Of a stretch of 64,000 bases of DNA, positions 10,522-22,390 are shown piece after piece (positions within the stretch are counted from its first letter, which is position 1; each line of letters starts with the position of its first letter). Source of the stretch: an uncultured Candidatus Binatia bacterium (lineage in GTDB: Bacteria; Desulfobacterota; Binatia; UBA9968; JAJDTQ01); NCBI GenBank assembly GCA_964291295.2, contig OZ219754.1:2304001-2368000 (forward strand). The letters run 5' to 3'. The position numbers and the translations under genes are program-made. The notes under the pieces are model-generated. The model saw nothing but the letters and a program-made list of their open reading frames with translations. It did not search any database and was not told the origin of the DNA.

Positions 10522-10992
10522 TTACAGACAAATCGCTTCCCAAAGAAACCACGCAAGCAAGCCGAGGAACAGGACGCCGAATGAAACCGGCAAGAGAGTT
10601 TCTACCGTGGTGAGCTTTGAATAGAGCTTTGGATCCTTGCCCTCTCCCACGAAATGCCACTCGCGTACGAAGGGTCGATAGGGAAGCTGCTCCTCAAGCT
10701 CGTGCAGCATTTTGAATTTGCCGCTGTTGAGCTGACGGTAGGATCGGATAACCACGCCCCAAGAGATCGCCACGATGCACCCCATAAGGGCAAAAAATGA
10801 CATCACGATAGTGATAGTAACGGCATCACCACCTACCCCGAATCGCGCTACCAAACCGGCAAGGACAAAAAGACCGGAAAGCAGGCTGACATAAAGTTGG
10901 TTCGCTCTTTCCCGCCTTTGACTTACCCTGTCGGCAAGCTCAGCGTGAAGCTTGTATAATTCGATGATTGTGGAATTTTCACCCGCCATCAC
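10522..10992 (-). CDS. Small multi-TM membrane protein (RipA/octameric-membrane or SLATT-like)
   Basis: ELYKLHAELADRVSQRRERAN, 2 TM helices, SYRQLNSGKF..LEEQLP..PF..EW and a C-terminal TM; low GC. Confidence 0.7.
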   Translation of the reverse strand: MMAGENSTIIELYKLHAELADRVSQRRERANQLYVSLLSGLFVLAGLVARFGVGGDAVTITIVMSFFALMGCIVAISWGVVIRSYRQLNSGKFKMLHELEEQLPYRPFVREWHFVGEGKDPKLYSKLTTVETLLPVSFGVLFLGLLAWFLWEAICL

Positions 10993-11015
10993 ACGTTTTC
11001 ACCCGCCATCACACG
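10976..11015. repeat. 20-bp perfect tandem duplication TTTTCACCCGCCATCACACG x2
   Basis: Read directly; spans the TIR stop and the effector start. Confidence 0.9.
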
Positions 11016-11419
11016 ACTTCTCCAATTGCCCTTACTATACTTTCGGTATTCCATTTTACGATCTTATTCGCATTAGTCTTTACAATTCTGGATGTTCTCT
11101 CGTTCCCCCAAGGTTCAATTGCGACGATTGGTTTTTGAATAGAGAATCCTTCCTTTGCCAAACGAATTTCTTCATTTATCCATTTACTATGGGTCGCATA
11201 TACTCCGGCTAAAAGCAATACGACACTACACGATGCCATCTGTCTCTGGATAGCGTTTCGCAATGCAGAAGGGGAATTCGCGTTATGGACTGGATCATTC
11301 CAGGGGACCGAATCATTCCTGAAGTCGAGATACGGTCTCGAATTCAATAACGCCAAGAGCCGGTCATGCGGGTCACTATAATTCCACGAATGGCCAATGA
11401 AGAGGTTCAATGTTCTCAC
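11009..11419 (-). CDS. Stand-alone TIR domain protein (MTH538/DUF1863, ThsB-like)
   Basis: LFIGHSW, DSVP..DP, CSVVLLLAG, SKWINEEI (candidate catalytic Glu), KPIVAI and IVKWN motifs; low GC. Confidence 0.85.
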   Translation of the reverse strand: MRTLNLFIGHSWNYSDPHDRLLALLNSRPYLDFRNDSVPWNDPVHNANSPSALRNAIQRQMASCSVVLLLAGVYATHSKWINEEIRLAKEGFSIQKPIVAIEPWGNERTSRIVKTNANKIVKWNTESIVRAIGEVV

Positions 11420-11611
11420 GGTGTCATCGCCATATAGGTGATCTCAAATTGAGACATCATCCAGTGGTTGTCAATGCTACCGGCGGTTTTATTCTGGAGC
11501 ATCGGTTCCACAGGTCCCCGTCGGGGCCGGGTAGACGAGGGTTCTGCGGCGCCCCCTCCTCCACAGATGCAGACTTGCCCGCATTAGAGCATCGGGCTCC
11601 CTACATGTCAA

Positions 11612-12330
11612 CCTGAATCCGGCGGTTGATGTTGGTCTGGATTCTCTGAAGCCCCTGTAGATCGGGCGGATGAGCGGATTGAAGGAGCCCGCGATAGTCA
11701 CCCATCACGCTGGTGGCAGACTCACCACTGCACTACACGAGCCCGCACGCGCCGTCGAAGCAGGACATTCCGGGCACGGTCCTTCTGGCGGTTCTGGCGG
11801 GGCAATCGCGGTATGCGCATATCACGGCACTGCGCCGCGACGGGGTCAACCCGCCGCTGTCGGGAATGGGCAAGGTTGTGAGAGAGAACTCGGTTCACCG
11901 CGGTCTGGAGCGGGTCGGTTCACAGGCCGGGTCGGCTTGGCTTCAGGGTCATCGCGGCGACACGGTTTGTCCCCTGCTGAGCGAGCCGTAGGTACTGGAT
12001 TGCGACACGACGATCAAGCCGCTCTACGGCCATCAGGAGAGGGCGTTGGCGAGCTACAACCCGAAGAAGCCGGGGCGTCCCTCGCATGCCTGCCATGCGT
12101 TTCTGATGGCGGGCACGCGGCTTGTTCCGGATGTCGAGGTAGCACCGGGCAACCATCACCGTTCGCGGCGCTGTCCTCGGGGGGGTTGCCCGACCGTCTC
12201 AGCCGGGATCACTGGCCGCGTCTGGTACGGGGCGACAAGGATTGGAGTAGCGAGGGCAACATTGCGTCGTGCGAGGCGGCGGATCTGGACTATCTGTTCA
12301 ACTCGCGCCTGACAAGGGGTGCGCGTCGGT
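11612..12330 (+). mobile_element. Degenerate IS1380-like transposase remnant
   Basis: GTVLLAVLAGQSRYAHITALRRD, LDCDTTIKPLYGHQE, YNPKKPGRPSH and LVRGD fragments with stops and frameshifts; end-like CCTGAATCCGGCGGTTG at ~11612. Confidence 0.75.
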
Positions 12331-12889
12331 GTTCCGCGCCTTGCTCGCCGCGGGCGGCCGTGCGCCTGCTTCGAGCATCGCTTCGACACATCGACCCCTG
12401 CACCGCAGTCCTCGCCGGTGACGGCTTTGCCGCGCACCGGCACCTGCAGTCGTGTTGGCGCTGCTGCAGCCGCGTCCGGCCGCACGCTCCGCAAGACTGC
12501 CCGCGCCTCCGTCCGCGCCGTTGATGTGCGTGACCGCACTGGCGCACCGCACGCCGCGGCAAAGGGTGCGCCATCCCCGTCTGCGTTTGCGGTAACGACG
12601 CAATCGCCCTGGCCGGCCGCCGCGACCATCCCGCGCAAACTTCGGTTGGCGATCCGGGAAGCGACTTTCGAGTCGCCCGTGCACAGCCGGCCCGGATCAT
12701 CTCCAACCCCACGGCGCGGGACAGTGCCGGCCGACCGCCGCGACCGGCTCCGGCGGCCGGCCCGTCTGAAGCCGGGCCACGGGTATCCGGACACGGGCAT
12801 CGGGATACGGGCCGGTTCGTGAAACCCGTCATTGACCTCGTTCTCCGGGCGTGTTAACCGGATTTCGCCATGTACGAGGCGGTGGGACG

Positions 12890-13738
12890 ATGATCATCGA
12901 CGGCAAGGCGGTGGCGCAGCAGGTTCGCGACGAGGTGCGGGTGGAGACCGAGAGGCTCGGCAGGGACCACGGGGTGGTGCCCGGACTCGGCGTCGTGCTG
13001 GTGGGAGACGATCCGGCGTCCCGCATCTACGTTCGGAACAAGGAGAAGGCGTGCGCCGAAGTGGGAATCCGGTCGGTGGAGCTCCTGCTTCCCGCGTCGG
13101 TTTCCGAGGCCGAGCTGGTGGAGACCATCGTCCGGTTCAACGAGGATCCAACCATCCACGGCATTCTCGTGCAACTGCCGCTGCCCGATCATGTCCGGTC
13201 CGACCGGATTCTGGAGACCGTCTCTCCGGAGAAGGATGTGGACGGCTTTCACCCGGTCAACCAGGGGCGGCTTCTTTCCGGCGGCACCGGCTTCCAGCCG
13301 TGTACTCCCTTGGGCATCATGAGGATGCTGGATTCCACGGACTGCCACCTCAAGGGGAAAAACGCCGTGGTGGTGGGTCGCAGCAACATCGTCGGCAAGC
13401 CCGTGGCGCTCATGCTGCTGGCGCGCCACGCCACCGTGACGCTGTGTCATTCACGCACCCGGGACCTTGGCGCCGAAGTGGCGCGGGCGGACGTGGTGGT
13501 GGCGGCGGTGGGCCGGCCCGGCGCCATTCGCGGGGACTGGATCAGGCCCGGCGCCGTGGTCATTGATGTGGGCATCAACCGCCTGCCCACGGGCAAGCTC
13601 GCGGGCGACGTGGAGTTCGAGCCGGCCCGGCAGCGGGCGTCGTGGATCTCGCCGGTGCCGGGGGGCGTCGGCCCCATGACCATCTGCATGCTGCTGTCGA
13701 ACACGCTGTTGTCGGCGCAACGGTCGCTGGAGTCGTGA
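12890..13738 (+). CDS. folD: Methylene-THF dehydrogenase/cyclohydrolase
   Basis: [33 protein letters not shown] and [10 protein letters not shown] motifs. Confidence 0.97.
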   Translation: MIIDGKAVAQQVRDEVRVETERLGRDHGVVPGLGVVLVGDDPASRIYVRNKEKACAEVGIRSVELLLPASVSEAELVETIVRFNEDPTIHGILVQLPLPDHVRSDRILETVSPEKDVDGFHPVNQGRLLSGGTGFQPCTPLGIMRMLDSTDCHLKGKNAVVVGRSNIVGKPVALMLLARHATVTLCHSRTRDLGAEVARADVVVAAVGRPGAIRGDWIRPGAVVIDVGINRLPTGKLAGDVEFEPARQRASWISPVPGGVGPMTICMLLSNTLLSAQRSLES

Positions 13739-13788
13739 CGGATCCCGGAGCGCCGCGGCCGTAACCGCAACAGGCAGGAACCGGTATC

Positions 13789-14868
<1,080 letters not shown>

Positions 14869-14905
14869 GCGCCCGCGCCGGCATACCGTGGTCGAGGAGG
14901 AACCG

Positions 14906-15316
14906 ATGAAGTACCCGAAGGGTCTGCGGTATTCGAGGGAGCATGAGTGGGTGATGATGGAAGAGGGTGACCACGGCGTCATCGGCATATCGGACTTCGC
15001 TCAGAACGAGCTGGGCGACGTGGTCTACGTGGAGGCGCCGGAGCCGGGCCAGGAGATCAGCAAGGAGGGTCCCTTCGGCGCGGTGGAATCCGTCAAGGCG
15101 GTGTCCGATCTGTATGCGCCGGTGAGCGGCACGGTCGTCGAAGTCAACGAGACGCTGGCGGAGAGGCCGGAGCTTGTCAACGAGGACCCCTATGGAGACG
15201 GCTGGATCATCCGTGTGCGCCTGTCGGATGTCGGCGAACTGGACCATCTCATGTCGCCGGATGAGTACCAGCGGTACTGCGAGGAGCCTCCGGAGGACGA
15301 CGACGACGGCGCTTGA
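14906..15316 (+). CDS. gcvH: Glycine cleavage system H protein
   Basis: [14 protein letters not shown] and VESVKAVSD (lipoyl-Lys); GAGGAGG RBS. Confidence 0.97.
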   Translation: MKYPKGLRYSREHEWVMMEEGDHGVIGISDFAQNELGDVVYVEAPEPGQEISKEGPFGAVESVKAVSDLYAPVSGTVVEVNETLAERPELVNEDPYGDGWIIRVRLSDVGELDHLMSPDEYQRYCEEPPEDDDDGA

Positions 15317-18189
15317 CGCCGCGTGAGGATCAGGCCGTGGACCGGAAAGAGCAGGGAAACTCGTTTCGAGAGCTGTTTTCGTCGCGGCACATCGGACCCG
15401 GCGCGTCCGAGATCCAGGAGATGCTCGCGGCGCTGGGCCTGCGGTCCCTCCAGGAGCTGGTGGAGCGGGCGGTGCCCGAGAGCATCCGGTTTTCGGGCAC
15501 CCTGAGCCTGCCGGAACCGCTCACCGAAGCGCAGCTTCTGCGCGAAGCCCGGGATATCGCCGGGGCCAACCGCCCGGTCCGGTCCTGCATCGGCATGGGG
15601 TACTACGACTGTCTGACCCCGGCCGTCATCCTCAGGAACATCCTCGAGAACCCGGGCTGGTACACCGCCTACACGCCGTATCAGCCGGAGATCGCCCAGG
15701 GCCGTCTGGAAGCCCTGTTGAACTTCCAGACCATGGTCATGGACCTCACGGCCATGGATATCGCCAACTCCTCCCTGCTGGACGAGGGAACCGCCGCCGC
15801 CGAGGCCGTTTTCCTGGCCTTGAATCTGGAGAAACGGGGACGCCGGCGGCTGTTCGTCTCCGAGGACGTCTTCCCGCAGACCCTGGAGGTGATGGGCACC
15901 CGCGCGGCGCCCCTGGGCGTCGAGCCGGTCACGGCGGCGGCCGGTGCCGAACCGCCGGACGACGCCTTTGCCGCCTTCATCCAGTATCCCGCCGCCAGCG
16001 GGGCGATTCCCGACCTGGAGGCGTTCATCCGCCGCTGCCAGGACCGCGGCATCGTGAGCATCGTCGCCGCCGATCTGTTGAGCCTGTGCCTGCTCAAGCC
16101 CCCGGGAGAGATGGGCGCGGACCTCGTGGTCGGCAGCGCCCAGCGCTTCGGCGTGCCCATGGGGTTCGGCGGCCCGCACGCCGGCTTTCTCGCCGCCCGG
16201 GACCAGTACCGGCGAATGATTCCCGGGCGGCTGGTGGGGGTCTCCCGGGACGCGCACGGACAACGGGCGCTGCGGCTGGCGCTGCAGACCCGCGAACAGC
16301 ACATTCGCCGGGAGAAGGCCACCAGCAATATCTGTACCGCGCAGGTGCTGCTGGCGGTGATGGCGTCGATGTACGCGGTCTACCACGGTCCGTCGGGTCT
16401 CCGGAACATCGCGGCGCGGGTTCACCGGTACGCATCGGTTCTGGCGCAGGGTCTTGCGGACGCCGGTTTCCCCCTGGCCGCCGACCACTTCTTCGACACC
16501 CTCCGGGTGAGCGTGGATGCCCGCCGGGCCGACGCCATCCAGCGGACCGCGGCGGAGCGCGGCATCAACCTGGGCCGGCCGGCCGCCGGTCAACTGCATG
16601 TCTCGCTGGACGAGACCACCGGCGACGACGACGTGCGCGACCTGTTGCAGGTGTTCGGCGTGGGAGCCGCGATGCCGGAGCCGCGGGCGCGCCTGCCCGA
16701 AGGATACGTCCGGCAGAGCGTCTTCCTGGAGGAGGAGGTGTTCAACCGGCACCACTCCGAGACCCGGATGCTGCGCTACATGGCGCAGCTTCAGGCGAAG
16801 GACCTGAGCCTGGTGCAGTCCATGATCCCCCTGGGCTCCTGCACCATGAAGCTCAACGCCACCACCGAGATGATTCCGGTGACGTGGCCGGAGTTTGCCC
16901 GGATGCATCCGTTCGCGCCGGCGGACCAGACCCGGGGGTACCGCCGGCTCATCGCCCGGCTCGAGGAGTGGCTGGCCGTCATCACCGGATTTGCCGCGGT
17001 GTCGGTACAGCCCAATGCCGGTTCCCAGGGCGAGTACTCGGGGCTGCTGGTGATCCGCAGGTATCACGCGGCCCGCGGTCAGGGAGAACGCGACGTCTGC
17101 CTCATTCCCGCCTCCGCTCACGGCACCAATCCGGCCAGTGCGGTGCTGGCGGGCATGACCGTGGTGGTCGTGGACTGCGATGACGACGGCAATATCGACC
17201 TGGACGACCTGCGCGCCAAGGCGGACCGGGCCGGCGGCCGCCTCGCCGCGCTCATGGTCACCTATCCATCCACCCACGGGGTGTTCGAGGAGACCATCAC
17301 GGACATTTGCCGCGTGGTCCACGAGCGCGGCGGCCAGGTCTATCTGGACGGCGCCAATCTCAACGCGCTGGTGGGGCTGTGCCGTCCCGGCACCATCGGG
17401 CCGGACGTGTGCCACCTGAACCTTCACAAGACGTTCTGCATCCCGCACGGCGGCGGCGGCCCGGGTGTCGGCCCCCTGGCCGTCGGGGAACATCTCCGGA
17501 TGTTTCTGCCCGCGCACGGCATGGTGCCGGAATGCGGCCCGCGCCAGGGGATCACGGCGGTGTCGTCGGCCCCCTGGGGCAGTGCCGGCATCCTGCCGAT
17601 ATCCTGGGCGTATATCGCCATGATGGGGGCCGAGGGGTTGACCCAGGCCACCCGGGTGGCCGTTCTGAACGCCAACTACATCGCCCACCGGCTCTCGTCG
17701 GACTACCGGATCCTCTACCGCGGCCGACACGGCATGGTGGCCCACGAGTGCATCGTCGATGTCCGCCCGTTCAGGGCATCGGCCAATGTCACGGTGGACG
17801 ACGTGGCCAAGAGGCTCATGGACTACGGCTTTCACGCGCCCACCATGTCATGGCCGGTGGCCGGCACGCTGATGATTGAGCCCACCGAAAGCGAATCGCT
17901 GGAAGAACTGGACCGCTTCTGTGACGCCATGATCGCCATTCGGGAAGAGATCCGGGAGATCGAGACAGGTGCCGCGGACCCCCGGGACAACGTGCTCAAG
18001 AACGCGCCCCATAGTGCCTTCCACCTGTTGAGCGAAGACTGGGCGCACCCGTATTCCCGCCACAAGGCGGCGTTTCCGCTGGAATGGGTGCGGCAGCGCA
18101 AGTTCTGGGTGCCGGTGGGCCGGGTGGACAATGCCTACGGCGACAGGAACCTGGTCTGTACCTGCGCGCCGGTTTCGGCCTACGCCTGA
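15313..18189 (+). CDS. gcvP: Glycine dehydrogenase (single-chain P protein)
   Basis: [45 protein letters not shown] and EPTESE motifs; the start may be GTG 15337. Confidence 0.97.
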   Translation: MTPREDQAVDRKEQGNSFRELFSSRHIGPGASEIQEMLAALGLRSLQELVERAVPESIRFSGTLSLPEPLTEAQLLREARDIAGANRPVRSCIGMGYYDCLTPAVILRNILENPGWYTAYTPYQPEIAQGRLEALLNFQTMVMDLTAMDIANSSLLDEGTAAAEAVFLALNLEKRGRRRLFVSEDVFPQTLEVMGTRAAPLGVEPVTAAAGAEPPDDAFAAFIQYPAASGAIPDLEAFIRRCQDRGIVSIVAADLLSLCLLKPPGEMGADLVVGSAQRFGVPMGFGGPHAGFLAARDQYRRMIPGRLVGVSRDAHGQRALRLALQTREQHIRREKATSNICTAQVLLAVMASMYAVYHGPSGLRNIAARVHRYASVLAQGLADAGFPLAADHFFDTLRVSVDARRADAIQRTAAERGINLGRPAAGQLHVSLDETTGDDDVRDLLQVFGVGAAMPEPRARLPEGYVRQSVFLEEEVFNRHHSETRMLRYMAQLQAKDLSLVQSMIPLGSCTMKLNATTEMIPVTWPEFARMHPFAPADQTRGYRRLIARLEEWLAVITGFAAVSVQPNAGSQGEYSGLLVIRRYHAARGQGERDVCLIPASAHGTNPASAVLAGMTVVVVDCDDDGNIDLDDLRAKADRAGGRLAALMVTYPSTHGVFEETITDICRVVHERGGQVYLDGANLNALVGLCRPGTIGPDVCHLNLHKTFCIPHGGGGPGVGPLAVGEHLRMFLPAHGMVPECGPRQGITAVSSAPWGSAGILPISWAYIAMMGAEGLTQATRVAVLNANYIAHRLSSDYRILYRGRHGMVAHECIVDVRPFRASANVTVDDVAKRLMDYGFHAPTMSWPVAGTLMIEPTESESLEELDRFCDAMIAIREEIREIETGAADPRDNVLKNAPHSAFHLLSEDWAHPYSRHKAAFPLEWVRQRKFWVPVGRVDNAYGDRNLVCTCAPVSAYA

Positions 18190-18263
18190 CCCTTCGCGCC
18201 CGGGAAACCGCGTCGGCTGCTCCTGTCCTGTCCTTGCGGGATATTGTCTGCTAGGGTAGCGAC

Positions 18264-18473
18264 ATGTTCGGACTCGGCATCTGGGAACTGCTGATAATCC
18301 TGGTGATCGTCCTCGTGCTCTTCAGCCGCAGGCTGCCGGAGATCGGCGGCGGGCTGGGCAAGGGGATCAAGAGCTTTCGCAAGTCCCTTCACGAGCCCGA
18401 CGAGATCGACGTGACCGCTTCCGACAAGGGCGAAGGCGAGAGTTCCGGGAAGGAGAGTTCCCGGAAGGACTGA
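18264..18473 (+). CDS. tatA: Twin-arginine translocase TatA/E
   Basis: [38 protein letters not shown]. Confidence 0.92.
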   Translation: MFGLGIWELLIILVIVLVLFSRRLPEIGGGLGKGIKSFRKSLHEPDEIDVTASDKGEGESSGKESSRKD

Positions 18474-18491
18474 CGGGTTCGGATGGACGGG

Positions 18492-19622
18492 TCAGGCGGC
18501 GCCGTCCGCCGAAAGAACCCGGCAGTTGAAGGACTTCACCGCCGTCTTCGGCTTGGGCAGGGCGACGGTGAAATTCGCGGAGCCGTTGGCGGGAATGCCA
18601 TAGGAGTTGACGGGCTCGAGACTCTGGAGCAGCGAAATCTCCCGCAGCGACATGTCTTGCAGTATCTTGGCCGAAATGGCGTTACCCACGAACGCGGTCT
18701 GCCGGCCCACCTGCTTCCCCTCGGCGTCGAAAAGTTGAACCTCGATCCGCACCTTGCGGATACTCCTGTCACCGCGGTTGACCAGCGTCCCCGAGACTGC
18801 GAAGACCTCCTTCCGGTTCTGCACCGGCTGTACGCCCGACGCCAGCCCTTCGAGCACCAGGGTGCTCTTGAAGTGCCGGTTCTCGAACACGGCGGTGCCG
18901 TACCACGGTATCCCTCCCAGCATGGAATCCAGCGGTTTCGGGTTGACCTGATAGATCAGCGCGATCAGAACGAAGGCGATCACGGAGAGAACCGCCAGGC
19001 TCGCCAAGGGTACGACGGAGCCTCTGGTTTCGACCGGGGCCGGGGCGGGCGTGGGCCGGGTCGGAAACAGGAAATCGTCGTCGATCTCGAAGTCCGGCTT
19101 CCGCGCACCGCCTGCGGAAACGTTGTCGTCCCCGGTGGTGGTCGCCGGATCGAAGTCCGGGTCGGCAGGTTCCACTTCCTCGAAAGCGTTTTCGGTCGCC
19201 TCGGTGTCGGGGAGAGAAGCGGCTGCCGGCGGTCGGCTCTCCGGGTGAGTCGGTGGTTGCGGCGGTGCCGGGGTGTCCCGCGCCGTTTCGGGGTCCGGTT
19301 CGGCCGCGTCGGGGTCCGGTTCGGCGGCGTCCCTGCCGGCGGTGTCCGCGGTGTCGCGGTCGGCAGTGTCCGCGCCGCTCCGGTCGTCGTCATGCACGTG
19401 GCCGCGGGTGTCGCGTTCTCCTCCGGCTGCGGGTGCGACGGGCGGTTGGCCGCGGCCGGGCGCCGCCTCCGTCGCCGGCGATCCCTCTTCGTGTATCCGC
19501 AGGCGCAGGTGGATGGTGAAGACGTGCTTGCAGCGGGAGCAACGGAAGGTGGGCCTGGGCGCGTCGAGGACGCTGCCGTTCACCCGGTAGGTGGTGGAAC
19601 AGTTTGGACAGCGAATGATCAT
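18492..19622 (-). CDS. Zinc-ribbon (MJ0042-type) / DUF3426-like membrane protein
   Basis: MIIRCPNCSTTY...CSRCKHVF, then an acidic Pro-rich linker, a TM helix and a C-terminal beta domain. Confidence 0.85.
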   Translation of the reverse strand: MIIRCPNCSTTYRVNGSVLDAPRPTFRCSRCKHVFTIHLRLRIHEEGSPATEAAPGRGQPPVAPAAGGERDTRGHVHDDDRSGADTADRDTADTAGRDAAEPDPDAAEPDPETARDTPAPPQPPTHPESRPPAAASLPDTEATENAFEEVEPADPDFDPATTTGDDNVSAGGARKPDFEIDDDFLFPTRPTPAPAPVETRGSVVPLASLAVLSVIAFVLIALIYQVNPKPLDSMLGGIPWYGTAVFENRHFKSTLVLEGLASGVQPVQNRKEVFAVSGTLVNRGDRSIRKVRIEVQLFDAEGKQVGRQTAFVGNAISAKILQDMSLREISLLQSLEPVNSYGIPANGSANFTVALPKPKTAVKSFNCRVLSADGAA

Positions 19623-19686
19623 GGTGTCTGGAACTCGCAAGGTGCGGGTCCGGCCCGCGATGGCCGGACGTCGAAACACCCCCTCG

Positions 19687-20679
19687 TCAGATGGAGAAGT
19701 CGAGATCGCCCACGTCCAGCCGCTCCTTTCGGGTGGTCCAGAGCGTGGTGGTCATGTAACGGCTGCCGAAGTCGGGGAATACCGTGACCACGGTGCCGTG
19801 CGACAGCCGGCGGCCAAGGCGCAACGCCCCTTCCATGGCGGCCCCGGCCGACGGACCCACCAGCAGCCCCTCTTCCCGGCTCAGCCGGTAGACCATCTCG
19901 TAGGCGTCGTCGGTGGACACGGGGAGTTTCAGGTCGAGTTCCTCCTCGTGGTAGATGCCGGGCACGATGGAACTGGCCATGTGTTTCAACCCCTCCAGTC
20001 CGTGCAGTGCCGCGTCGGGTTCCACGGCGATGATCCGGATTCGCCGGTTCCGTTCCTTCAGGAAACGTCCGGTCCCCATGAGGGTTCCGCCGGTTCCGAT
20101 CCCGGCGACGAAATGGGTGATGCGCCCGCCCGTCTGGCGATAGACTTCCGGGCCGGTGGTGTCGTAGTGGGCTTGGCTGTTCATGGGATTGAAGTACTGG
20201 TCCGGCTTGAAGTACCGGGCCGGATCGTCGGCGACCACCTCGCGGCAGAGTCGGATGGCCCCGTCGGAGCCTTCCATGGGATCGCTGTACACGATGTCCG
20301 CGCCAAAGAACCGGATGATGCCCTTGCGCTCCGCGCTGACGTTGGACGGCATCACCAGGCGCACCCGGTAGCCCAGTGCCGCGCCGATCATGGCGATGGC
20401 GATGCCGGTGTTTCCCGAGGTGGAGTCGATGAGGGTCTGATGCGGCTGGAGCCGGCCCGAGCGGACCGCCTCCCGGATCATTCCGAGCGCGGGCCGGTCC
20501 TTTACCGATCCGCCCGGATTGAACCCCTCCAGCTTGGCCAGGATGCGCACTCCCCGGGACAGGCCGCGGGTGATGTTCCTGATCTCGACGAGCGGCGTGT
20601 TGCCGACAAGCCCGGTGACGGCGTCGACCTTGGCGGGAACCCGGGCCGGCGGTGCGGGTTGCGTCATGGCGGCGAGCAT
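19687..20679 (-). CDS. Cysteine synthase family PLP enzyme (CysM-like)
   Basis: VGNTPL, KLEGFNPGGSVKDR, TSGNTG and GIGTGGT motifs. Confidence 0.92.
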   Translation of the reverse strand: MLAAMTQPAPPARVPAKVDAVTGLVGNTPLVEIRNITRGLSRGVRILAKLEGFNPGGSVKDRPALGMIREAVRSGRLQPHQTLIDSTSGNTGIAIAMIGAALGYRVRLVMPSNVSAERKGIIRFFGADIVYSDPMEGSDGAIRLCREVVADDPARYFKPDQYFNPMNSQAHYDTTGPEVYRQTGGRITHFVAGIGTGGTLMGTGRFLKERNRRIRIIAVEPDAALHGLEGLKHMASSIVPGIYHEEELDLKLPVSTDDAYEMVYRLSREEGLLVGPSAGAAMEGALRLGRRLSHGTVVTVFPDFGSRYMTTTLWTTRKERLDVGDLDFSI

Positions 20680-20704
20680 GGACGTACGGGTAGCGGCGCG
20701 GCGG

Positions 20705-20983
20705 TTACACGCCGCCGGCGATGGCCGGCACGATGGAGATGCTGTCGCCGTCCTTCAATGCGGTGTCCACGTTCTTCAGGAAGCGGATGTCGTCGCCGTT
20801 GACATAGACGTTCACGAACCGGCGCACCTTGCCGGACTCGTCCATGATGCGCTCCCTGATTCCCGGATGCTTTCGTTCGAGATCCTCGAGCATGGCCAGC
20901 ACGGTGTCGCCGCTGGCATCCACCTCGTCCGATCCCTGGGTGAATTTTCTCAAAGGCGTCGGCACGCGTACACGAATACTCAT
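20705..20983 (-). CDS. MoaD/ThiS/CysO-like ubiquitin-fold sulfur carrier
   Basis: RFVNVYVNGDDIRF...PAIAGGV. Confidence 0.93.
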   Translation of the reverse strand: MSIRVRVPTPLRKFTQGSDEVDASGDTVLAMLEDLERKHPGIRERIMDESGKVRRFVNVYVNGDDIRFLKNVDTALKDGDSISIVPAIAGGV

Positions 20984-21124
20984 GAAAGCCCTCCTTCCTT
21001 GACAGGATAGACCCTGTCTGCGGCCTTATCAAACATGGCTTTACCAAACACGGCCTTGTCAAACACCGCCGGCGCCATGCCGGCATTTCCGGGCCGGTCG
21101 GCGTCCCTCCCGGTCGGCCGCGGC

Positions 21125-22390
21125 TCAGCCCGCCCTGGCCTCTTGCCGCGGCTCCCGCGACAGCGCCTCGTACAGCTCGTCGAAGGTGCCGAGGGTGGCG
21201 TCGATGCCGTAGGGGCGATCGATGACCGGGGCCACCGTCTCCACGGTCTTGTAGCCGTTTCCCGTGATGGAGATGACGATGGATTCGTCCCGGGGAATGC
21301 GGCCCTGATCGATCAGCTTCTTCGTCACCGCAACTTCCGTGCCGCCGGCCGGTTCGGTGAAGATCCCCTCGGTGGAGGCCAGGAGCTTGATGCCCGCGAG
21401 GATCTCCTCGTCGGTGGCGCTTTCTCCCCAACCGCCGGATTCCCTGACGGTTCGAATCACGTAGTAGCCGTCGGCCGGGTTGCCGATGGCAATGGAGGTG
21501 GCGATGGTTTCGGGTCTTACCGGATCGACCACATCCCGGCCCTTTTTCAGGGCGTGGATGATCGGGGCGCAGCCCGCGGCCTGGGCCGAATAGATGCGGC
21601 ACGGCTCCTCCGGGTCCACCAGCCCTGTCGTCCGAAGCTCCTGGAACGCCTTGCCCAGCTTGGGCAGAATGGTCCCGCCGGCCGTGCCCACCACGATGTG
21701 GCGGGGCAGCTTCCAACCGAGTTGCTCGGCGACCTCGAAGGCGTGGGTCTTGGCGCCCTCGGAGTAGTAGGGCCTCAGGTTCACGTTGACGAACGCCCAC
21801 GGGTACTTGTCGCCGATTTCGCTGCACAGGCGGTTGACGTCGTCGTAGGTTCCCTTGATGGCGATGGTGCGCGGACCGTAGATCGCCGAACCCACGATCT
21901 TGGCTTCTTCCAGCCCTTCGGGAATGAAGACATAGCAGTCGAGCCCGGCTCTGGCGGCGTGGGCCGCCACCGAGTTGGCGAGATTGCCGGTAGAGGCGCA
22001 CGAGACGGTTTCGTAACCGAACTCCACGGCCTTGGAGATGGCCACCGACACGACCCGGTCCTTGTAGGAGAAGGTCGGGTGGTTTACCGAGTCGTCCTTG
22101 ATGTAGAGCTGGTCCACGCCCAGCGCCTCGCCGAGGCGGCGCGCCCGAATCAGCGGCGTGAAGCCCGAGTAGAGGCCGACGGCGGGCTCCTTTTCGATGG
22201 GCAGCAACTCCCGGTACCGCCACAGGTTGCGCGGGCGGGAGGCGATCGTCTCCCGGCTCACGTTTTCGCGGATGCCGTCGTAGTCGTATTGGACCTCAAG
22301 AGGTCCGAAACAGTCCTCGCACACGTGCAGGGGGGCCGTGGGGTAGTTCCGGTGGCACTCCCGGCATTTCAATCCTTGAACGAAGCTCAT
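21125..22390 (-). CDS. Threonine synthase-like PLP enzyme
   Basis: CRECH..CEDCFGPL, PTFSYKDR, CASTGNLANS, SIAIGNPADG and TGNGYK motifs; ATG 22390 overlaps the upstream stop. Confidence 0.92.
   Translation of the reverse strand: MSFVQGLKCRECHRNYPTAPLHVCEDCFGPLEVQYDYDGIRENVSRETIASRPRNLWRYRELLPIEKEPAVGLYSGFTPLIRARRLGEALGVDQLYIKDDSVNHPTFSYKDRVVSVAISKAVEFGYETVSCASTGNLANSVAAHAARAGLDCYVFIPEGLEEAKIVGSAIYGPRTIAIKGTYDDVNRLCSEIGDKYPWAFVNVNLRPYYSEGAKTHAFEVAEQLGWKLPRHIVVGTAGGTILPKLGKAFQELRTTGLVDPEEPCRIYSAQAAGCAPIIHALKKGRDVVDPVRPETIATSIAIGNPADGYYVIRTVRESGGWGESATDEEILAGIKLLASTEGIFTEPAGGTEVAVTKKLIDQGRIPRDESIVISITGNGYKTVETVAPVIDRPYGIDATLGTFDELYEALSREPRQEARAG

Noticed and set aside
12330-12880. Possible glycine riboswitch or gene upstream of folD-gcv
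   Set aside because: No recognisable aptamer consensus and no convincing protein motif.
15190-17835. 881-aa minus-strand ORF
   Set aside because: Shadow of gcvP.
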